From Acidimicrobiia bacterium (GTDB lineage: Bacteria > Actinomycetota > Acidimicrobiia > Spongiisociales > ZC4RG35): DNA of 64,000 nt. Below, in pieces: positions 36,408 to 46,228 of the stretch. The DNA is taken from contig OZ244034.1 of NCBI GenBank assembly GCA_965215185.1, positions 1,874,244 through 1,938,243 of the forward strand, written 5' to 3'. The stretch's first letter is position 1. Every line of letters begins with the position of its first letter. The position numbers were made by a program, and so were the translations under genes. Below the pieces are notes generated by a model. The model ran no database searches. It had not been told where the DNA came from and saw only the letters and a program-made list of their open reading frames with translations.

Positions 36408-37923
36408 CCGACGCCTCCAAGTGCGCTCCGGTCATGTACAGGCCGATCTCGGGTTCGGCGACGCTTCGGGGATCAAGACTTGCCACGATGCGCCCCTCGA
36501 ACATCACCAGGATGCGGGTGCTCAACGCCAAGATCTCCGACAATTCGGCCGACACCATCAGCACCGCTCCGCCCTGGTCGCGGTAATCCACTAACTGGCT
36601 GTGAACGAACTCGATGGCGCCGATGTCGAGTCCGCGGGTGGGCTGCTCGGCGATGAGGAGCGGCGTGCCGTATTCCATCTCTCGAGCCACCACCACCTTC
36701 TGCAGGTTCCCGCCCGAGAGCGTGGAAACCGGATCTGACACCGAACCCACCTTGATCCCGAACACCTCCACCAGCCGTCGGGTGAGTTCGGTCACCGCGC
36801 CGCGGTCGAACCAGCCCTTACGCTGGACTTTCGTTCCCCGGTGATGGCCCATCAGAAGGTTCTCGGAGACCGATGCCTGACGGGTGGTACCCACCCCGTA
36901 GCGATCCTCGGGTATGTATGCCAGTCCGGCATCCCGCCGTCCGGCCACATTGACACTGGTGATGTCCTTACCCGATAGGGTCACCGAGCCAAAGGCCGCC
37001 TCCCGCAGCCCGCAGAGCGCCTCAATCAGCTCGCTCTGGCCGTTTCCTGCCACCCCGGCTATTCCCACTATCTCCCCCGATCTCACCTCGAAGGTGGCGT
37101 CCTCCACTACCGCCCGCTCGTGGCCGCCCAGCACGGTGAGACCCTCCACCTTGAGCACAACCCGGTCGGGTTGGTGTTCAGGAGCCCTCCGACCCAAGTC
37201 GACCGCCCGGCCGGTCATGTGCAAAGTGATCTCGGTCGGGTTGGTCTCGGCGGTCACCAGGTCGGCCACCGACCGACCGTTGCGGAGTACGGTCACCCGG
37301 TCGGAGATCGCCATCACCTCCCCCAGCTTGTGGGTGATGAAGAGAATCGTTCGCCCCGCATCACGCAGTCTCCGGATAACCTCGAACAGCTGGTCCCGTT
37401 CCTGGGGGGTAAGCACCGCCGTGGGCTCATCCAGAATGAGGACCTGAGCGTCCCGGTAGAGGGCCTTCAGGATCTCCACCCGCTGCAGCACTCCCACCGG
37501 GAGATCCTCCACCGCTGCCTCGGGGTCCACTGCCAAGCCATACCGGTCGGCCAGATCCCGGACCCGGGCGGCGCTGGCCGCCCGGTCGATAAGCCCGCCA
37601 CGGGTGGGTTCCTGGCGGAACACCACATTTTCAGCCACGCTTAGGGTGGGAAAGAGCCTGAAGGACTGGTGCACCATCCCAAGACCAGCCGCGATGGCGT
37701 CCAGAGCCGAGGAGAACTGCACCGCTTCACCCCGGATGAAGATCTCCCCTTCGTCGGGGGGGAAAAGCCCATAGAGCAGGGACATCAGGGTGGTCTTCCC
37801 AGCCCCGTTTTCCCCCACGATGGCGTGGATCTCCGCGGGACGGACGGTCAGGTCCACGGCGTCATTGGCAAGGACGCCGGGGTACCGCTTCGTTATCCCG
37901 CGGAGTTCCAGCTCAAATGTCAA
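36400..37923 (-). CDS. ABC transporter ATP-binding protein with two fused ABC domains
   Basis: Two Walker A motifs (GENGAGKTT, GVAGNGQSE) and two LSGG signatures. Confidence 0.85.
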   Translation of the reverse strand: MTFELELRGITKRYPGVLANDAVDLTVRPAEIHAIVGENGAGKTTLMSLLYGLFPPDEGEIFIRGEAVQFSSALDAIAAGLGMVHQSFRLFPTLSVAENVVFRQEPTRGGLIDRAASAARVRDLADRYGLAVDPEAAVEDLPVGVLQRVEILKALYRDAQVLILDEPTAVLTPQERDQLFEVIRRLRDAGRTILFITHKLGEVMAISDRVTVLRNGRSVADLVTAETNPTEITLHMTGRAVDLGRRAPEHQPDRVVLKVEGLTVLGGHERAVVEDATFEVRSGEIVGIAGVAGNGQSELIEALCGLREAAFGSVTLSGKDITSVNVAGRRDAGLAYIPEDRYGVGTTRQASVSENLLMGHHRGTKVQRKGWFDRGAVTELTRRLVEVFGIKVGSVSDPVSTLSGGNLQKVVVAREMEYGTPLLIAEQPTRGLDIGAIEFVHSQLVDYRDQGGAVLMVSAELSEILALSTRILVMFEGRIVASLDPRSVAEPEIGLYMTGAHLEASVA

Positions 37924-37927
37924 GTAA

Positions 37928-38962
37928 TCAACCGAACAGGGGATCGGGGACTACGATGTCGCCGGCCACGATGCCGTCCCGGGCCGCGCGGACCTCGGCC
38001 ACGATGTCGGGATGATCGGCAATCACACATTGGCTTGCGGCCAGTTCCTCATCAGAGGCCAGAGCCACCACCCCGGTGCCGCCCTCGGCCAGACCGAAGG
38101 CCACTATCTGGCCGGCTGTTCCGTCCAGCACCTGCTTCGCCAACTGTTCGACCAAAACATCCACCAACTTCAGGTTGTTGTCAACGATGCTTCCCGGGGC
38201 GTCCGGGCACTGGTTGATATCCACACCGTAGCTCAGGAATCCCTCTTGCACGGCAGCTTCGAACGTGCCTCCGTTGGATCCTGCGCCCACTGCGAAGATG
38301 TGATCGGCGCCTCGCGCCGCCACCGCCAGGGCCTGCTCTTTGGCCCGGGCCGGATCGGAGAAGGGATTGTCGCCACCGATGAACACTTGCGTGTCGGTGA
38401 TGGAGGGATCGATGCTCTGGGCGCCTAGAGCGAAGCTGTCGGACCAGCGGTGCAGGAAGGGGATGTCCAGCGCCACGATCGAGCCGACCTGCTTGGTCTG
38501 GCTGAGACGGCCTGCCATGATGCCCAGCAGATAGGCGCCTTCATGTTCGCGGAAGACTCCGCAGTGCAGGTTGGCGGCGGGCGCGTCGGGGCAGGCGTCG
38601 ATCAGGATGAACTGCTGATCGGGATTGGCCTTGGAGACTTCGTCAGCCAACTCGACCAGGGTAAAAGTGGTGAGAACCACGACATCGGGCGCCTCGTCGA
38701 TGGCCGCCTCGATGTTGGCGCGCCGATCAGAATCATTGGTCGACTCGAAAGTCTTCCAAGACCCGCCTAATTCTTCGGCCACCCGCTGCGTACCCACCTG
38801 ACCTAACTCCAGGAACTTGTTCACGCCAATCGGGTTGGGGGTGACATAGATCAAACTCGGGCCTTCGGGCGCCGCTTCTTCGTCCTCACCGCCGCATGCC
38901 GACGCCAGCAGAGCCAGCGCCGTCAACACCGCCACGGCGAGAAATGTCTTCTTGGTCTTCAT
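37928..38962 (-). CDS. BMP-family ABC transporter substrate-binding lipoprotein (nucleoside-binding PnrA-like)
   Basis: Lipobox LLASAC. Bmp/PnrA fold. 344 aa. Confidence 0.8.
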   Translation of the reverse strand: MKTKKTFLAVAVLTALALLASACGGEDEEAAPEGPSLIYVTPNPIGVNKFLELGQVGTQRVAEELGGSWKTFESTNDSDRRANIEAAIDEAPDVVVLTTFTLVELADEVSKANPDQQFILIDACPDAPAANLHCGVFREHEGAYLLGIMAGRLSQTKQVGSIVALDIPFLHRWSDSFALGAQSIDPSITDTQVFIGGDNPFSDPARAKEQALAVAARGADHIFAVGAGSNGGTFEAAVQEGFLSYGVDINQCPDAPGSIVDNNLKLVDVLVEQLAKQVLDGTAGQIVAFGLAEGGTGVVALASDEELAASQCVIADHPDIVAEVRAARDGIVAGDIVVPDPLFG

Positions 38963-38993
38963 TGCCTTTACCTCCTTGGTAAAAGTTGTTCTA

Positions 38994-40049
38994 TCACGTG
39001 CAAACTTTCAGTTCTCCAAAGGGTACGTTGGCGGGAGTTTGGCCCCGGTCGGGTCTGATTATCCGGCGGTCGGTAACGATGGCGGTGATGAACTCCGCCG
39101 GGGTGATGTCGAAAGCGGGATTCAGGGCCTGGGAGCCGGGCGGGGCAACATCCACTCCTCCCAGGGACACCACTTCCTCCGAACCCCGGTCCTCGATGTC
39201 TATGTCGGCGCCCGAGGGAGTTTCAAGGTCGATCGTCGACTCGGGCGCCACCACTATGAATGGAACGCCGGCGTGGCGGGAAGCCAGCGCCAGGCTGAAG
39301 GTCCCGATCTTGTTGGCTACATCGCCGTTTGCGGCGACCCGGTCGGCCCCAGCAAAAACCAGGTTCGCCTCTCCCCGGGCCAATAGAAACGGCCCGGCCC
39401 CGTCCACCAGCAAACGGAAAGGCGCTCCCATCCTGGCCAACTCCCAGGTGGTGAGGCGTCCGCCCTGCAGAAGAGGCCGAGTTTCCACGGGAAGCGCCAT
39501 CTCCAAGCGGCCCCGTTCATGAAGTGTTTGGATCACGGCCAGCGCAGTCCCCCTGGCGACCGTCGCTAAACCGCCCGTATTGCAGATGGTCATGGTCCGC
39601 GCCGCCGCTTCGCCGATCAGTTCCTCGGCCAGGTCCGCCCCGTACTCGCCCATGGATATGGAGGCGGCCAACTCCTCGTCACGGATCTGGTGGGCTTCGT
39701 CCAGGACCCTTTCCAAGCCTTGCGACACCAGCGCAGCGGTCCGATCCACCATCTTTGCCAGGTTGACGGCAGTTGGACGGGCCGCGCGGAGGCTGGCGAT
39801 CGCCTTCTCCAAGCCCGGCCCCTCGGTCCCGTACAGGTGGACCGCCAAGGCCACACCGTAAGCGCCGGCTACTCCGATAGCGGGAGCGCCCCGCACCGAC
39901 AGCCGCTGAATCGCAGCCACCAGGGAAGGGATGTTGAGAATGTTGAGAATGACTAAATCTTGGGGAAGACGGGTCTGGTCGATCATCTTCACAACCCCGT
40001 CATCCCATTCCACTGTTTCGAACGAGGTGCGTTCGCCATTGCGTTCCAT
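38994..40049 (-). CDS. mtnA: S-methyl-5-thioribose-1-phosphate isomerase (eIF-2B alpha/beta/delta family)
   Basis: 351 aa. Motifs VRGAPAIGVAGAYG and CNTGGLAT typical of MtnA. Confidence 0.8.
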   Translation of the reverse strand: MERNGERTSFETVEWDDGVVKMIDQTRLPQDLVILNILNIPSLVAAIQRLSVRGAPAIGVAGAYGVALAVHLYGTEGPGLEKAIASLRAARPTAVNLAKMVDRTAALVSQGLERVLDEAHQIRDEELAASISMGEYGADLAEELIGEAAARTMTICNTGGLATVARGTALAVIQTLHERGRLEMALPVETRPLLQGGRLTTWELARMGAPFRLLVDGAGPFLLARGEANLVFAGADRVAANGDVANKIGTFSLALASRHAGVPFIVVAPESTIDLETPSGADIDIEDRGSEEVVSLGGVDVAPPGSQALNPAFDITPAEFITAIVTDRRIIRPDRGQTPANVPFGELKVCT

Positions 40050-40073
40050 GACAAGCCTCTAGCCTAAAGGAAT

Positions 40074-41393
40074 ATGACCAAGACATATCGATATCTGGCC
40101 GATCATCTGATCCCCATGGACGACGAGGGATCCATCCACTCACCGGGCGTGGTGGAGGTGGAAGATGGAGCGGTGGTTTGGGCGGGAACGGTTGACAACG
40201 CGCCGTCGCAGCGGGAAGAGACGGTCATTGAGAAGGTGGAGGGAGTGCTGCTTCCCGGCATGGTCAACATCCACTGCCACACTCCCATGGTGCTGCTGCG
40301 GGGCGCCGGCGAGAACCTTCCGGTGGACCGGTGGCTGCACGAGGTCATGTGGCCGCGTGAGGCCCGTCTCACCCCCGAGGACGTGGAAATGGGAATGATG
40401 GCCGGCGCTGCGGAACTGCTGGCCGGTGGGATAACCACTTCGTTGGAGATGTATTTCCATGGAGAGGCAGTGGCTTCGGGAGCGGCCCGGGCCGGATTGC
40501 GCTGCGTGGTAACCGCTCCCCTCATCGAAGACGCCCAACTGAGCGGGTTCGGTACCTGGCAGGACCAGTTGGATCAGATGACCCAAATGGCCAAGGATTG
40601 GGAGGAAAGCGACCTCATCCAGATAGGAATCGGCCCCCACGCCGTGTATTCGCTCTCGCAGCAGTGCTTACAGCGGGTGGCCGAGGCGGCGGCCGCCAAC
40701 GGAATGTTGATCCACACCCATGTCGACGAACAGGAATGGGAGGTGGAGGCGGTGAGGAAGCAGACCGGAATGTCGGCGACCGCCTACCTGGCGAAGATGG
40801 GCATTCTGGACTCACCGACGATGGTGGCCCATGCGGTGTGGGTCTCACCCGACGACATCGCCATCCTGGCCGAGACGGGAACGGGAGTGGCCCACTGTCC
40901 CTGCTCCAACGGCAAGCATGCCTCGGGCATCGCCCCGGTGGCCGAGATGCGAGCAGCCGGCATTCCGGTGGGCATTGCCACCGACGGACCGGCCTCGCAT
41001 CATCGCTTGGATCTGTTCGAGGAGATGCGGATGGCCCTGCGCCTGGCCCGGATACGGGCGGGTGACGCTGGCGCCCTGCTGCCCCATGACGCCCTGACGA
41101 TGGTCACCAGGGAGGCGGCCGACGCCATAGGCCGGCCCGACCTGGGCAGGCTTTCCCCCGGGAATCCGGCCGACATGATCGCCGTATCCACCACCGATCC
41201 CGCCTTCGGGCCGGTGATCCCCGAAGAGGACGATCTCCTCTCCCGCCTGGTCTGGTCGGGTTCTCCGGCCGCAGTCCACTCCTCGTGGGTGGGGGGAAAG
41301 CGGGTGATGTCGAAAGGCAAGGTGCTGACAGTGGACATGGAAACGTCCCGGGCAGATGTCTCCCGGATCGCCGCCCGCCTGGCGACAGGATGA
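40074..41393 (+). CDS. mtaD: amidohydrolase, 5'-methylthioadenosine/S-adenosylhomocysteine deaminase-like
   Basis: VNIHCHTPM metal-binding HxH motif. 439 aa. Divergent from mtnA. Confidence 0.7.
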   Translation: MTKTYRYLADHLIPMDDEGSIHSPGVVEVEDGAVVWAGTVDNAPSQREETVIEKVEGVLLPGMVNIHCHTPMVLLRGAGENLPVDRWLHEVMWPREARLTPEDVEMGMMAGAAELLAGGITTSLEMYFHGEAVASGAARAGLRCVVTAPLIEDAQLSGFGTWQDQLDQMTQMAKDWEESDLIQIGIGPHAVYSLSQQCLQRVAEAAAANGMLIHTHVDEQEWEVEAVRKQTGMSATAYLAKMGILDSPTMVAHAVWVSPDDIAILAETGTGVAHCPCSNGKHASGIAPVAEMRAAGIPVGIATDGPASHHRLDLFEEMRMALRLARIRAGDAGALLPHDALTMVTREAADAIGRPDLGRLSPGNPADMIAVSTTDPAFGPVIPEEDDLLSRLVWSGSPAAVHSSWVGGKRVMSKGKVLTVDMETSRADVSRIAARLATG

Positions 41394-41839
41394 ACGCCGA
41401 CCAAATCATCACTTTATTGGGCCTGGAACCCATGCCGCAAGAGGGTGGCATGTGGGCTCAGACCTGGCTTGACGACCACGGAAGCGCCATCTACTTCCTG
41501 ATGCGGCCCGGCGATTTCTCCGCCATGCACCAGCTGGACGCGCCGGAGATCTGGCATCACTACCAGGGTGCGCCAGCGAGCATGCTGCTGCTCTTCCCCG
41601 ACGGATCGATCACCCAACCCTGCCTGGGCCAAGAGTTGACGCAAGGTCAGCGGCCTTGCGTGCCGGTGCCTCAAGGAGCGTGGATGGGCGCCTCAACCTT
41701 GGGAGAGTGGAGCCTGGTGGGAACCACCATGGCTCCTGCCTTCAATCCCGACGGATTCCAGTTGGCAGAACGATCCTTACTGGCGGGCCAATACCCCGAG
41801 GCCTGCGACCGAATCGCCGAACTCACCCGCCAGCACTGA
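41390..41839 (+). CDS. cupin-domain protein (DUF985-like)
   Basis: Start MNADQIITLLGLEP overlaps the upstream stop (ATGA). About 149 aa. Confidence 0.5.
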   Translation: MNADQIITLLGLEPMPQEGGMWAQTWLDDHGSAIYFLMRPGDFSAMHQLDAPEIWHHYQGAPASMLLLFPDGSITQPCLGQELTQGQRPCVPVPQGAWMGASTLGEWSLVGTTMAPAFNPDGFQLAERSLLAGQYPEACDRIAELTRQH

Positions 41840-42609
41840 TGGCCCTCCCTTCACCCTCTGCCATGCTCGACCTTTCCGGGATGGTGGTGGCCGTCACCGG
41901 AGCGGGAGGGGGAATCGGCCAGGGTATAGCCCGCCGATTCTCCGAGGCCGGCGCATCGGTCGTGGCCCACACCCGCACCACCGAACTCGAGTCGCTGCTC
42001 GACTGCCTGCCCGGCCCGGCGACCGAAGTCACCGCCGACCTGCGCCATCGCGACGGACCCGGCCAGGTGGTGGAGGCCGCAGTCGCTTTTTTCGGCAAAC
42101 TGGATGCGTTGGTTAACAACGCCGCGGTGCAAACCCTGGCCGGGATGGCGGAGATGGACGACCGGGAGTGGCAGGCAATGGTTGACACCAACCTGACCGC
42201 GTTGCATCGCCTCACCCAGGCAGTGGCAGCTCATCTCATCTCTCGGCAGTCTCCGGGCTCGGTGATCCACATTTCCTCCATCGAGGGCAGCCAACCTGCG
42301 CCTTTCCATGGCCACTATGCGGTTACCAAGGCCGGGGTGATCATGCACGCCCGGGCCGCGGCGCTGGAGTACGGGCCCCATGGAATCCGGGTCAACTCGG
42401 TCTCGCCGGGACTGATTTACCGATCCGGGCTCGAAGAGCAGTGGCCGGAAGGGGTGGCCCGATGGAAGGCCGCCGCGCCTCTGACCAGGCTCGGAACGCC
42501 CGAGGACGTGGCAGATGCCTGCCTGTTCCTGGCATCACCCCTGGCCCGGTGGATAACCGGCGCCAATCTGGTGGTGGACGGGGGCGTCTTGGCTCACCCC
42601 ACCTGGTAA
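41839..42609 (+). CDS. short-chain dehydrogenase/reductase (SDR)
   Basis: TGAGGGIG Rossmann motif. YxxxK active site. Confidence 0.75.
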   Translation: MALPSPSAMLDLSGMVVAVTGAGGGIGQGIARRFSEAGASVVAHTRTTELESLLDCLPGPATEVTADLRHRDGPGQVVEAAVAFFGKLDALVNNAAVQTLAGMAEMDDREWQAMVDTNLTALHRLTQAVAAHLISRQSPGSVIHISSIEGSQPAPFHGHYAVTKAGVIMHARAAALEYGPHGIRVNSVSPGLIYRSGLEEQWPEGVARWKAAAPLTRLGTPEDVADACLFLASPLARWITGANLVVDGGVLAHPTW

Positions 42610-42619
42610 GGAGTATCCA

Positions 42620-43393
42620 ATGATGAGATTGGCAGATCGTGTGTACGTCGTTACCGGCGCCGGAGGAGGGATCGGGCAGGGCATCACCCAGGCTCTGCTG
42701 GAGGACGGCGCCCGCGGCGTGGCCATGGTGGACCTGGCTGCTCCGACGGAGGCGGCGGCCGAGGTCGATCCCGGCCAGGACCGCACGCTGGCCTTGGCAG
42801 CCGACGTCACCTCCAAAAACGACGCGCAGCGGGTGGTGGCCGAGACCGTGGAGCGCTTCCAGCGCCTGGACGGCCTGGTGAACTGCGCGGGGGTGGTGTT
42901 TCTCGACACCGCCTGGGACGCCTCCGCATCGGACTGGAATCGCCAGTTGGAGGTGAACGTCACCGGCTCCTTCGTCTCCACCCAGGCGGTCGGCGTCCAT
43001 CTTCGGGAACACGGCGGCGGGGCGGTGGTCAATGTGAGTTCCAACTGCGGGAAGGCCGGATATCCGAACATGGCCGGCTACAACGCCTCCAAGGCGGCGG
43101 TGCTGGGACTCACCCGCTCGCTTTCCATGGAATGGGCCGAAGATCACATCAACGTAAACGCGGTATGCCCGGGAGGGGTGGACACACCCATGCTGAGCGG
43201 GGTGGCGGAGTGGCTTTCGCCCCGGCTCGGATTGCCCGCCGACGAGTTGTTGGGGCAGATGGGACCCGCCCAGTTGGGCCGGAAGATCAAACCGGTGGAG
43301 GTGGGCCGGGTGATAGCCTTCCTGCTCTCCGACGACGCTCTGATCATCCGAGGCCAGTCGATCAGCATCGACGGCGGAGATACTCCCTACTAG
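42620..43393 (+). CDS. short-chain dehydrogenase/reductase (SDR)
   Basis: VTGAGGGIGQGI motif. YNASK catalytic motif. Confidence 0.75.
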   Translation: MMRLADRVYVVTGAGGGIGQGITQALLEDGARGVAMVDLAAPTEAAAEVDPGQDRTLALAADVTSKNDAQRVVAETVERFQRLDGLVNCAGVVFLDTAWDASASDWNRQLEVNVTGSFVSTQAVGVHLREHGGGAVVNVSSNCGKAGYPNMAGYNASKAAVLGLTRSLSMEWAEDHINVNAVCPGGVDTPMLSGVAEWLSPRLGLPADELLGQMGPAQLGRKIKPVEVGRVIAFLLSDDALIIRGQSISIDGGDTPY

Positions 43394-43410
43394 GACCGAG
43401 GAGACGGGTG

Positions 43411-45378
43411 ATGGAAGACCTTTGGAACGACGATGTAGCCCCAAGCCCTTCCGATCCCCTCGCCGAGTGCGTTTACGGATCGCGGCTGCTGGGGTCCGAT
43501 CCGTCCCTGGTGCTGCATGGTGGGGGCAATTCCTCGGTGAAAGCACCATTTCGGGATATCACCGGCGGCCAGGTGGAGGCCTTATGGGTGAAGGGTTCGG
43601 GATGGGATATGGCCAGCATCAAGGCGGCAGGTTTCACTCCCCTACCGCGGCATCGTCTTCACCAACTGCTGGAGCTGGAAAGCCTTTCCGACCGGGACAT
43701 GATGCGGGAACTGTCGGCGGCGCGCCTGGACCCCGCCTCCCCCCAACCGTCGGTGGAGTGCCTACTCCACGCCCTCATTCCCCACCGAGCGGTCTTCCAC
43801 AGCCACGCCGATGTGATCGTCACTCTCACCAACCTCTCCGACGGCGCCGACCGGGTGCGAGAGGTGTTTGGAGACGAGATGATGATCGTGCCCTATGTGA
43901 TGCCCGGTTTTGACCTGGCCGGGACAGTGCGGGACATGTGGCCCGACGGTGGCGATGATTCAACCGGCATGGTGCTGATGAATCACGGTTTGTTCACCTA
44001 CGGCGCCACCGCCAGACAGGCCTACCGACGTCATATGGCGCTCATCCAACGGGCGGCCCGGTGGCTGGACACTCATGCTCCCCACGCAGGTGCGGGCGAG
44101 CAACCATTGGACAGGGTGGACTCCTTGGAGTTGGCCCGGGTGCGAGCTGACATCTCCCGAGCGGCGGGGCGACCAATGATCTCGGTTCGTTATGCCACCG
44201 GGGAGGTGGCGCGCTTTGTGAGCCGCCGCGACCTGGCCTCCCTGGCCACCCGGGGACCACTCACCCCCGATCACATCATCCGGACCAAGCGCACCCCGAT
44301 GGTGGGCCGTAATGTGGCCGACTACGCCGAGGAGTACCGCCGCTACTACCGGCGCAACCGGGAACGCGCCCGAGGAGAGACCACCATGCTGGATCCGGCT
44401 CCCCGGGTGGTGTTGGATCCCGAACTGGGCATGCTGGCCATTGGCGCCACCGCGTCGGCGGCGCACATAGCTTCAGATATCTATTACCACACCATGACTG
44501 CCCTGATCCGGGCCGAGGATCACCTGGGAGGGTACGAGGCCCTGCCGGAAGGAGACCTGTTCGAAGTGGAGTACTGGGAGCTGGAGCAGGCCAAGCTGCG
44601 GCGCCAAGGCTCACCCCCCGAGATGACCGGAATGGCGGCGCTGGTAACGGGAGCGGGATCGGGCATCGGAAGGGCGTGTGCAGAAGAACTGTTGAGACGG
44701 GGAGCGGCGGTGACCGGCCTGGATATCTCTGCGGGAGTGGTCGACGCCTTCGACTCTCCATCCTGGTTGGGCATCACCTGCGATGTGACCGACCCGGCCG
44801 CCCAGGCAGCAGCGTTGGAACGATCCGTGGAACGCTTTGGGGGAATTGACATTGTGGTGGTCTGCGCCGGGATATTCGTGGGGTCCGCCCCGATTGCCGA
44901 ACTGGACCGCTCCGCCTGGCGGCAGTCCATGGCAGTCAATGTGGATGCAGCAGCGGACCTGCTCACCGGAGTCCATCCTCTCCTTCGCCTGTCTCCGGCC
45001 GGTGGCCGGGTGGTGGTGGTCTCCACCAGGAATGTGGCGGCGCCGGGTCCGGGCGCGGCTGCCTACTCCTCTTCCAAGGCAGCTCTCACCCAGTTGGCGA
45101 GGGTGGCCGCCTTGGAGTGGGCCTCGGATGGAATCAGGGTCAACATCGTCAATCCCGACGCCGTGTTCGATACGGGCATTTGGAACGAAGAACTGTTGGC
45201 TGCCCGTGCCGCGCAGTACAACATGGATGTGGATTCTTACAAACGACGGAACCTGTTGGGTACCGCGGTCACTTCCCGGCAGGTGGCGGCCGTGGTGGCC
45301 GAGTTGGTGAGCGACCGGTTCGCCGCCACCACCGGCGCGCAAATACCCATAGACGGTGGAAATGAAAGGGTGGTGTGA
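43411..45378 (+). CDS. bifunctional class II aldolase/adducin-domain - SDR fusion (rhamnulose-1-phosphate aldolase/alcohol dehydrogenase-like)
   Basis: N-terminal class II aldolase domain (HSHAD). C-terminal SDR (VTGAGSGIG, YSSSK). Start at MEDLWND. Confidence 0.75.
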   Translation: MEDLWNDDVAPSPSDPLAECVYGSRLLGSDPSLVLHGGGNSSVKAPFRDITGGQVEALWVKGSGWDMASIKAAGFTPLPRHRLHQLLELESLSDRDMMRELSAARLDPASPQPSVECLLHALIPHRAVFHSHADVIVTLTNLSDGADRVREVFGDEMMIVPYVMPGFDLAGTVRDMWPDGGDDSTGMVLMNHGLFTYGATARQAYRRHMALIQRAARWLDTHAPHAGAGEQPLDRVDSLELARVRADISRAAGRPMISVRYATGEVARFVSRRDLASLATRGPLTPDHIIRTKRTPMVGRNVADYAEEYRRYYRRNRERARGETTMLDPAPRVVLDPELGMLAIGATASAAHIASDIYYHTMTALIRAEDHLGGYEALPEGDLFEVEYWELEQAKLRRQGSPPEMTGMAALVTGAGSGIGRACAEELLRRGAAVTGLDISAGVVDAFDSPSWLGITCDVTDPAAQAAALERSVERFGGIDIVVVCAGIFVGSAPIAELDRSAWRQSMAVNVDAAADLLTGVHPLLRLSPAGGRVVVVSTRNVAAPGPGAAAYSSSKAALTQLARVAALEWASDGIRVNIVNPDAVFDTGIWNEELLAARAAQYNMDVDSYKRRNLLGTAVTSRQVAAVVAELVSDRFAATTGAQIPIDGGNERVV

Positions 45379-45380
45379 GG

Positions 45381-46112
45381 ATGTTTCTTCCCCTGTTGAA
45401 CATTGCTGCTAAGGAAATCCCTGAACGAGTAATGGTGGTCGGTGACCCCGATCGCGCCCGCCGGGCGTCCGCCTATCTTGACGATTCTGTCGAGGTGGGA
45501 AACAACCGGGAGTACGTAACCCTGGTTGGCCGTCATCGGGGAGTCAAAGTGGGGGTGGTGTCCCACGGAGTGGGATCGGCGGGAGCGGCGGTGTGCTTCG
45601 ACGAGCTTCTCAGGGCAGGGGCGCAGCGTTTAATCCGGGCGGGGAGCTGTGGGGGTATGCAGGACAACGTCATCGACGGCCATCTGGTGATAGTCACCGG
45701 GGCAGTACGCAACGAGGGTTTCACCTCCCAGATTGTGCCGGATGGATATCCGGCATTGGCCTCTGCGGATGTGATCGCCGCCCTGCGCCGGGCCTCGCGA
45801 GGCGCGGCTGACATCCACGAGGGCTTGACCCTGACCAGCGCCGTGTTCTACTCACATGACATTCTGGGTTCCGACTTGACCCTTTGGCAGAAGACCGGAG
45901 TGAGGGCGGTCGAGATGGAATGTGCGGTGCTGTTTGTGCTGGCCGGACTGGCAGGAAGGGAAAGCGGGGCCATTTTGGCGGTGGACGGGAACCCCCTGGC
46001 GGAACGGGATGAAGAGTTGGCCGGCTACAACCCCCATCGGGAGGTGGTCAGAGAGGCGGTGGGCCGAATGATTGAAATAACGCTGGACGCCTTGGTTGAC
46101 GATCATTGTTGA
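45381..46112 (+). CDS. purine/uridine nucleoside phosphorylase family protein (PNP_UDP_1)
   Basis: About 244 aa. GVGSAGAAV and EMECAVLF motifs. May use the GTG at 45375. Confidence 0.7.
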   Translation: MFLPLLNIAAKEIPERVMVVGDPDRARRASAYLDDSVEVGNNREYVTLVGRHRGVKVGVVSHGVGSAGAAVCFDELLRAGAQRLIRAGSCGGMQDNVIDGHLVIVTGAVRNEGFTSQIVPDGYPALASADVIAALRRASRGAADIHEGLTLTSAVFYSHDILGSDLTLWQKTGVRAVEMECAVLFVLAGLAGRESGAILAVDGNPLAERDEELAGYNPHREVVREAVGRMIEITLDALVDDHC

Positions 46113-46228
46113 GTCTCGATAGAAGGCGACGGTTCACTGGTTGCGGAGCTCCTCGGAGACCGCTTCCGGGCAACCGTCGGCGCTCAAGTACCCATTGACA
46201 GAGGAAAACGAAAGGGTGGTATGAGAGA
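46113..46228 (+). pseudogene. remnant of the 3' end of the aldolase/SDR gene, carried along in a tandem segmental duplication
   Basis: Translates LVAELLGDRFRATVGAQVPIDRGKRKGG, corresponding to VVAELVSDRFAATTGAQIPIDGGNERVV* at 45290-45378. Confidence 0.6.

Noticed and set aside
39931-39951. 9-bp tandem duplication (aatgttgag x2) inside mtnA giving LNILNILNI
   Set aside because: Short in-frame microduplication within a coding sequence. No evident functional significance.
44611-45342. 243-aa reverse ORF inside the aldolase/SDR gene, and 451-aa reverse ORF at 49336-50691
   Set aside because: Antisense to motif-supported genes. Typical GC-rich spurious frames.
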